The notes under the pieces were generated by a model that saw nothing but the letters and a program-made list of their open reading frames with translations, was not told the DNA's origin and searched no databases. A program made the position numbers and the translations under genes. Below are positions 28,190-32,000 of a DNA stretch of 32,000 nucleotides, in pieces. Source of the stretch: Isorropodon fossajaponicum endosymbiont JTNG4 (GTDB lineage Bacteria; Pseudomonadota; Gammaproteobacteria; PS1; Pseudothioglobaceae). The stretch's first letter is position 1. Every line of letters begins with the position of its first letter. The stretch lies in contig NZ_AP013043.1 of NCBI RefSeq assembly GCF_016592615.1, forward strand, positions 630,001-662,000, read 5' to 3'.

Positions 28190-30790
28190 ATGAAAACCGC
28201 ACAAATTAGACAAAAATTCTTAGATTATTTTGAATCAAAAGGTCATACGATTGAGTCTAGTGCATCGCTTATTCCTCATAATGATAAAACTTTATTGTTT
28301 GTTAATTCAGGTATGGTGCCGTTTAAGGATGTCTTTAGTGGTGTGGAAAAGCGTCCATATACGCGCGCTGTATCGGTTCAGCGTTGTGTGCGCGCTGGCG
28401 GCAAGCACAATGACCTTGAAAATGTTGGCTATACAGCACGTCACCATACTTTTTTTGAAATGTTGGGTAATTTTAGTTTTGGCGATTATTTTAAGCGTGA
28501 AGCCATTCATTATGCTTGGGAATTTCTCACAAAAGAGCTAAACCTACCCAAGGAAAAGCTTTGGGTGAGTGTGTTTGAGCAGGACGATGAAGCAGAAAAT
28601 ATTTGGGTTAATGAAATTGGTTTTCCCAAAAATAGAATCTCTCGTTGCGGTGCTAAAGATAATTTTTGGCAGATGGGTGATACAGGCCCGTGTGGTCCGT
28701 CAAGTGAGATTTTTTATGACCATGGTGAGCATATTGCCGGTGGTCCACCAGGGCATGCTGATGAAGATGGTGACCGATATATTGAAATCTGGAACTTGGT
28801 ATTTACACAATTTGATAAACAAGAAGATGGCTATTTAAAACCATTGTCCGCACCTTGTGTAGACACGGGTATGGGCTTGGAACGTTTAGCAGCTGTGTTA
28901 CAACACAAGAATAACAATTATGATACAGATGGCTTTCAAAGCCTGATCAAAGCTGTCGTGAATTTAACACCTAAATCCAATAATGTTAAAAATGATAATG
29001 CCTCGGTGCGTGTGATTGCTGATCATATTCGATCTACTGCTTTTATGATTGTTGATGGTGTTATTCCTTCAAATGAAGGCAGGGGTTATGCACTTCGTCG
29101 TATTATTCGTCGCGGTATTCGTCATGGACATAAGATAGGTATTTATAAAGTATTTTTCTACCGTTTAGCGCCAGTATTGGCACTGGAATTTAAAGATGTT
29201 TATCCAGAATTAAAACAAGCTTTGCCCAAAGTTGAAAAGATACTAAAGCGCGAAGAACAACGCTTTGCACAAACGCTAGACCAAGGTATGAGTCTCTTAG
29301 AAGAGGCAATCACCAGTCTTAAATGTAGTGAAATTGATGGCAAAACAGTCTTTAAACTTTACGACACTTATGGCTTCCCAGTGGACTTAACAGCAGATAT
29401 TGCTCATGAGCGTAATTTAACCATTGACATGTTAGGTTTTGAGATTGAAATGACCAAACAAAGAGACCGTGCCCGACAAGCAGGTGATTTTAAAATATCG
29501 AAAAAAAAGGTTGATATTAGTGAGGCAACCGAGTTTCTAGGTTATGAACAGTTAGAGAATGTTTCTTCAATTCAGGCATTTGTTAAAGATGGAAAACTGG
29601 TTGAAAAAATTGAAGTAGGTGGGCATGGTGTTGTCGTTTTAGCTCAGTCAAGTTTTTATGCCGAATCAGGCGGTCAAATTGGCGATAGTGGCGTGTTGTC
29701 TAATGCGCAAGTTGAGTTTAGAGTGGGTCATACGAATAAGCAAAAATCAGGTGCATTTGAGCATCACGGTGTTCTAAATAAGGGTGTTTTAAAAGTGGGT
29801 GATGCGGTACAAGCCAATGTTGATAAAAAATCTCGCAAATGCATTGCTAGAAACCACTCAGCAACGCATTTATTACACTCCGCACTTCGCATTGTACTGG
29901 GTGAGACAGTAACGCAAAAAGGTTCTTTGGTTGATAGTGAAAAACTGCGTTTTGACTTCTCGCATGATGAGGTGATTACTAAGTCAGATTTAGAAAAAAT
30001 TGAAAGCATGGTTAATCGTAAAATTTTAGGAAATACAAAAGTACACACCGATATTACTAATATTGAAAATGCAAAGAAGAAAGGTGCAATGGCACTATTT
30101 GGTGAAAAATACGGTGATACTGTGCGTGTTTTAACCATGGGTAAAAATAATTTTTCAGTAGAATTGTGCGGTGGCACCCACGTTCGCCAACTTGGTGATA
30201 TTGGACTTTTTAGAATTACCTCAGAAGGCGGTGTTTCTGCTGGTGTGCGTCGTATTGAAGCGTTAACAGGTTATGATGCATATCAATTTGATAATCAAAC
30301 ACAAAATAGCTTGAATGAAATTGCACAAATAATCAGGTCAAGCAACGCACAAGTGGTAGAAAAAGTCACGCAATTGATTAAACAGCAAAAAGAATTAGAA
30401 AAACAAATTGCCATTTTAAAAAAACAATTAGCCAGTAACCAAGGCGATGATTTGGTTGGACAGGTTCAAGAGGTAAATGGTATTAAATTACTATCAACTG
30501 TCGTAGTAGAAGAGGTGAGTGGCAAAGATTTGCGTGATATTGCCGATAAACTCAAAAACAAGTTAGGCTCGGCTGTTATCGTATTAGCAGTAGTAAATAA
30601 TAATAAAGTATCCTTAGTTGCAGGCGTAACAAAAGATTTAACTAAGCAATATCAAGCTGGAAAAATTCTTAACCATGTTGCGCAGCAAATTGGCGGGAAA
30701 GGTGGTGGTCGCCCAGGTATGGCACAAGGTGGGGGCACTCAGCCTGAGAATTTAACCAAGGCACTTGCCTCAGTTAAATCATTAATTTAA
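28190..30790 (+). CDS. alaS: Alanine--tRNA ligase
   Basis: 866 aa. Class II motifs (FTNAGM-like VNSGMVPFKDVF, HHTFFEMLGNFSFGDYFK), editing-domain HSATHLLH and CGGTHV. Confidence 0.95.
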   Translation: MKTAQIRQKFLDYFESKGHTIESSASLIPHNDKTLLFVNSGMVPFKDVFSGVEKRPYTRAVSVQRCVRAGGKHNDLENVGYTARHHTFFEMLGNFSFGDYFKREAIHYAWEFLTKELNLPKEKLWVSVFEQDDEAENIWVNEIGFPKNRISRCGAKDNFWQMGDTGPCGPSSEIFYDHGEHIAGGPPGHADEDGDRYIEIWNLVFTQFDKQEDGYLKPLSAPCVDTGMGLERLAAVLQHKNNNYDTDGFQSLIKAVVNLTPKSNNVKNDNASVRVIADHIRSTAFMIVDGVIPSNEGRGYALRRIIRRGIRHGHKIGIYKVFFYRLAPVLALEFKDVYPELKQALPKVEKILKREEQRFAQTLDQGMSLLEEAITSLKCSEIDGKTVFKLYDTYGFPVDLTADIAHERNLTIDMLGFEIEMTKQRDRARQAGDFKISKKKVDISEATEFLGYEQLENVSSIQAFVKDGKLVEKIEVGGHGVVVLAQSSFYAESGGQIGDSGVLSNAQVEFRVGHTNKQKSGAFEHHGVLNKGVLKVGDAVQANVDKKSRKCIARNHSATHLLHSALRIVLGETVTQKGSLVDSEKLRFDFSHDEVITKSDLEKIESMVNRKILGNTKVHTDITNIENAKKKGAMALFGEKYGDTVRVLTMGKNNFSVELCGGTHVRQLGDIGLFRITSEGGVSAGVRRIEALTGYDAYQFDNQTQNSLNEIAQIIRSSNAQVVEKVTQLIKQQKELEKQIAILKKQLASNQGDDLVGQVQEVNGIKLLSTVVVEEVSGKDLRDIADKLKNKLGSAVIVLAVVNNNKVSLVAGVTKDLTKQYQAGKILNHVAQQIGGKGGGRPGMAQGGGTQPENLTKALASVKSLI

Positions 30791-30808
30791 TTTATTTTAA
30801 GTCAGAGG

Positions 30809-31099
30809 TTAAACACAACCCGTTGGTTGAGGCATGCCACCGTATTTGGTAATAGGTTTCATCGGGCCAGTTAACCATTCTTTAAATAGGATTTTTTTAT
30901 CAATACCCACAACTTTAGCAAAAGTTCTAATGGGCGGCACTGATGAATTTTCCTCAAAATACTCTCTAGCTACAAGGATTTGATTAACCATACTTTCAGT
31001 TAATTCAATGTCATCTTCCTTAGCCATTTCATGCATAATATCTTGCGTCCAAATTGTTGGATCGACTAAGTAGCCATTGCCTGTTCTTTCTAGTCCCAT
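30809..31099 (-). CDS. DsrC/TusE-family sulfur-relay protein, single-cysteine (TusE-like) C-terminus
   Basis: 96 aa ending ...GGMPQPTGCV, with the penultimate Cys of the family. The second Cys found about 11 residues upstream in bona fide DsrC is Thr here (KPITKYGG). Confidence 0.75.
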   Translation of the reverse strand: MGLERTGNGYLVDPTIWTQDIMHEMAKEDDIELTESMVNQILVAREYFEENSSVPPIRTFAKVVGIDKKILFKEWLTGPMKPITKYGGMPQPTGCV

Positions 31100-31249
31100 T
31101 TCATTACCTTGTTATTTTGTGAAAAAGTGAACCTATTATACCTATTACCTTAATATTTTACTAGGTTTTTATATAAATATCCATTAAGGCTGTAAAGAGG
31201 GTATGTGATGAGGTATTAGCAATATTCTGTAGGGTATAATTTGCTCGCT

Positions 31250-32000
31250 ATGGATTGGATGCAACTCACTATTAGAATAAACAAAGACCAGGCAGATTTT
31301 ATCTCTGAGGTGCTGATGGGTTTGGATGCTTTATCCCCATTACCTTTAGTGATTCATTTGATGATGCTATTTTTGAGCCACCTGTGGGCGAAACGCCTTT
31401 ATGGCAAGATACGACAATCAGTGCTTTATTTAATATAAATGTCGAACAAAAGCATGTGCAAATGATGTTAAAGCAAATTTGTAATATTGAACAAAGCTCT
31501 TTTGAACTACTAAAAAATCGTATTTGGGAAGATGCATCCACTCTGCCAAAAGAGGCTGTTATTATTGACATGAACCCTGGTTTGGCATTTGGCACAGGCA
31601 CGCACCAAACGACAGATTTATGCTTGCAATATTTGGATCAAAACCCACCAAAAAATTTAACTGTGATTGATTACGGTACAGGTACTGGTGTTTTGGCAAT
31701 TGCTGCAGCCAAGTTAGGTGAAAAAGAAGTCATCGCTATTGATAACGGCCCACAAGCAGTGCTTGCTACTACGAACAACATTCAAACTAATCATGTTGAC
31801 TTATTGATTGCTAATATCTTGGCCAATCCTTTGGTTGGTTTGTGTGAGCACTTTTCTAGGCGAATTAAATCAGGCGGAAAAATTGTACTATCTGGTATTT
31901 TGCAAGACCAAGTAGAGATAATTTTAGACACGTATGGTCATTATTTTTTAACATTAAGCGTTAAGCAAAAAGGTGATTGGTGTTGTGTAGATGGTATTAG
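31250..32000 (+). pseudogene. prmA: Ribosomal protein L11 methyltransferase PrmA, frameshifted and apparently internally shortened; runs to the window end
   Basis: MDWMQLTIRINKDQADFISEVLMGLDALS is in frame 2. ITFSDSFDDAIFEPPVGETPLW...NPGLAFGTGTHQTT...IDYGTGTGVLAIAA... is in frame 1. The switch occurs at the C4 run at 31335-31338. Confidence 0.7.

Noticed and set aside
28230-30177. ORFs 28230-28541, 28307-28510, 28569-28838 and 29764-30177 inside alaS
   Set aside because: They are alternative-frame or antisense ORFs within a strongly conserved gene. The same reasoning applies to 2010-2234 and 2875-3216 (hemF/tusA), 3179-3388 and 4201-4440 (glnA), 6476-6679 (bioB), 7324-7563 (murG), 7994-8188 (ftsW), 10438-10668 and 11315-11524 (ybiT), 14028-14992 and 15161-15358 (oxidoreductase), 18190-18516 (gcvP), 22349-22537, 23225-23413, 24868-26652 (glmS), 26934-27125 and 27426-27653 (trpH/yciO), and 31299-31601 (prmA).

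Overview
AT-rich gammaproteobacterial chromosomal segment. A TusA-like and a TusE/DsrC-like sulfur-carrier gene plus eukaryote-like domain remnants suggest a sulfur-oxidising, possibly host-associated lineage, but the lineage is inference only. Intact housekeeping backbone: htpG (partial), xerC-tsaC-hemF-tusA, glnA, bioB, ftsW-murG, ybiT, hinT, glmS-pgi-galU, trpH-yciO, alaS and a tusE/dsrC-like gene. On top of this there is heavy mobile-element activity and gene decay. There are three near-identical 1.3-kb IS3-family copies (8950-10249 minus, 11922-13222 plus, 20781-22079 minus), a 98-bp miniature derivative (4802-4899), and IS5-like and IS256-like transposase remnants. At least six genes look decayed: gcvP, a cytoplasmic molybdopterin oxidoreductase, prmA, a secreted F-type-lectin/collagen-like protein, a TPR/retropepsin-like gene and an ankyrin fragment. 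The most unusual observations are as follows. (1) Seven perfect tandem 23-bp copies of the pgi-stop/galU-start junction make a relay of six overlapping ATGA-coupled mini-ORFs (MIKKLQQL*) in front of galU. (2) IS ends supply the start codon of ftsW and the stop codon of ybiT. (3) All three IS copies share an in-frame TGA in the predicted OrfAB transframe region, and they differ in homopolymer lengths. No rRNA, tRNA or CRISPR array was recognised. No self-contained novel multi-gene system (defence, secretion, toxin-antitoxin) could be supported from the sequence.
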